A DNA stretch of 64,000 bases from Catajapyx aquilonaris (taxonomy: Eukaryota). The translations under genes were made by a program, and so were the position numbers. Every line of letters begins with the position of its first letter. The first letter of the stretch is position 1. Below, one piece after another: positions 63,512-64,000 of the stretch. The DNA is taken from NCBI GenBank assembly GCA_000934665.2, contig KZ538215.1, forward strand, positions 1 to 64,000, written 5' to 3'. The notes beneath the pieces were generated by a model, which saw only the letters and a list, made by a program, of their open reading frames with translations, ran no database searches and had not been told where the DNA came from.

Positions 63512-63700
63512 GTTTCTAGCTTCGTCTTCTCCGGAACGACCTCAAGAGGAACCGTGAAACAAGCCGAGGATTCTGCCGAACGTAGTAACGCCGTAACGCC
63601 GACGAAGTGCGTTCAGCCACTGTAATCGGTGCAAGTGATGCACCTATGACATCGGAAGCGGAACTCCTGCCACGGCGATTGGCATTCTGAATTTATAACC
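63512..63700 (-). promoter_or_regulatory. SNRPC 5' UTR / promoter region
   Basis: CpG-rich region upstream of the ATG with tandem ETS-like CGGAAGCGGAA at ~63653. Confidence 0.5.
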
Positions 63701-64000
63701 AAACACTGCGCTTATGGAACGGAGCTCGCTTGGTACTTTATGAACGCACCTCCGGAACAAATGACTGTCAAGGCAATTTGCAGTGCTCGAAATACGGGAC
63801 ATTTGTGCGAAATAAATTCACCCACCAGGATTTCTCATGAATCATGATCAAGGGCTGCTCCCACATTTATTTCTCCCCACCTCTTCTTTGGTGAAATTGT
63901 GAAACTGCTTTATAATTGCAGTAGGACTTCCACTATGCGCAGGATTTCCCACAGGAACGTGTAATTCAGAAGCACTACTGTATAATTATGTTCATCGCAG

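Overview
Eukaryotic (most likely arthropod) genomic DNA with short GT-AG introns and mosaic CpG depletion. The left ~37 kb is the 5' end of a minus-strand p190 RhoGAP gene. Its first coding exon is at 5797-5970, and its probable non-coding first exon is near 37.7-38.0 kb, implying a ~31 kb intron holding SINEs, MITEs, two Helitrons and LINE relics. The right ~26 kb is a compact cluster: TMEM141 (+), GTPBP6/HflX-like (+), MINDY1/2 deubiquitinase (-), ATG4C/D-like protease (+), V-ATPase c'' subunit (+), CPT2 (+) and U1-C/SNRPC (-), the last with a deleted mariner in intron 2. The most notable feature is apparent polycistronic organisation. The GTPBP6 ATG lies inside the last TMEM141 coding exon (11-nt out-of-frame overlap, no separate promoter visible), and CPT2 also seems to lack its own promoter downstream of the V-ATPase gene. 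CPT2 and SNRPC probably have overlapping antisense 3' ends. Gene models were spliced by eye and identities come from recalled family motifs; no database searches were run.
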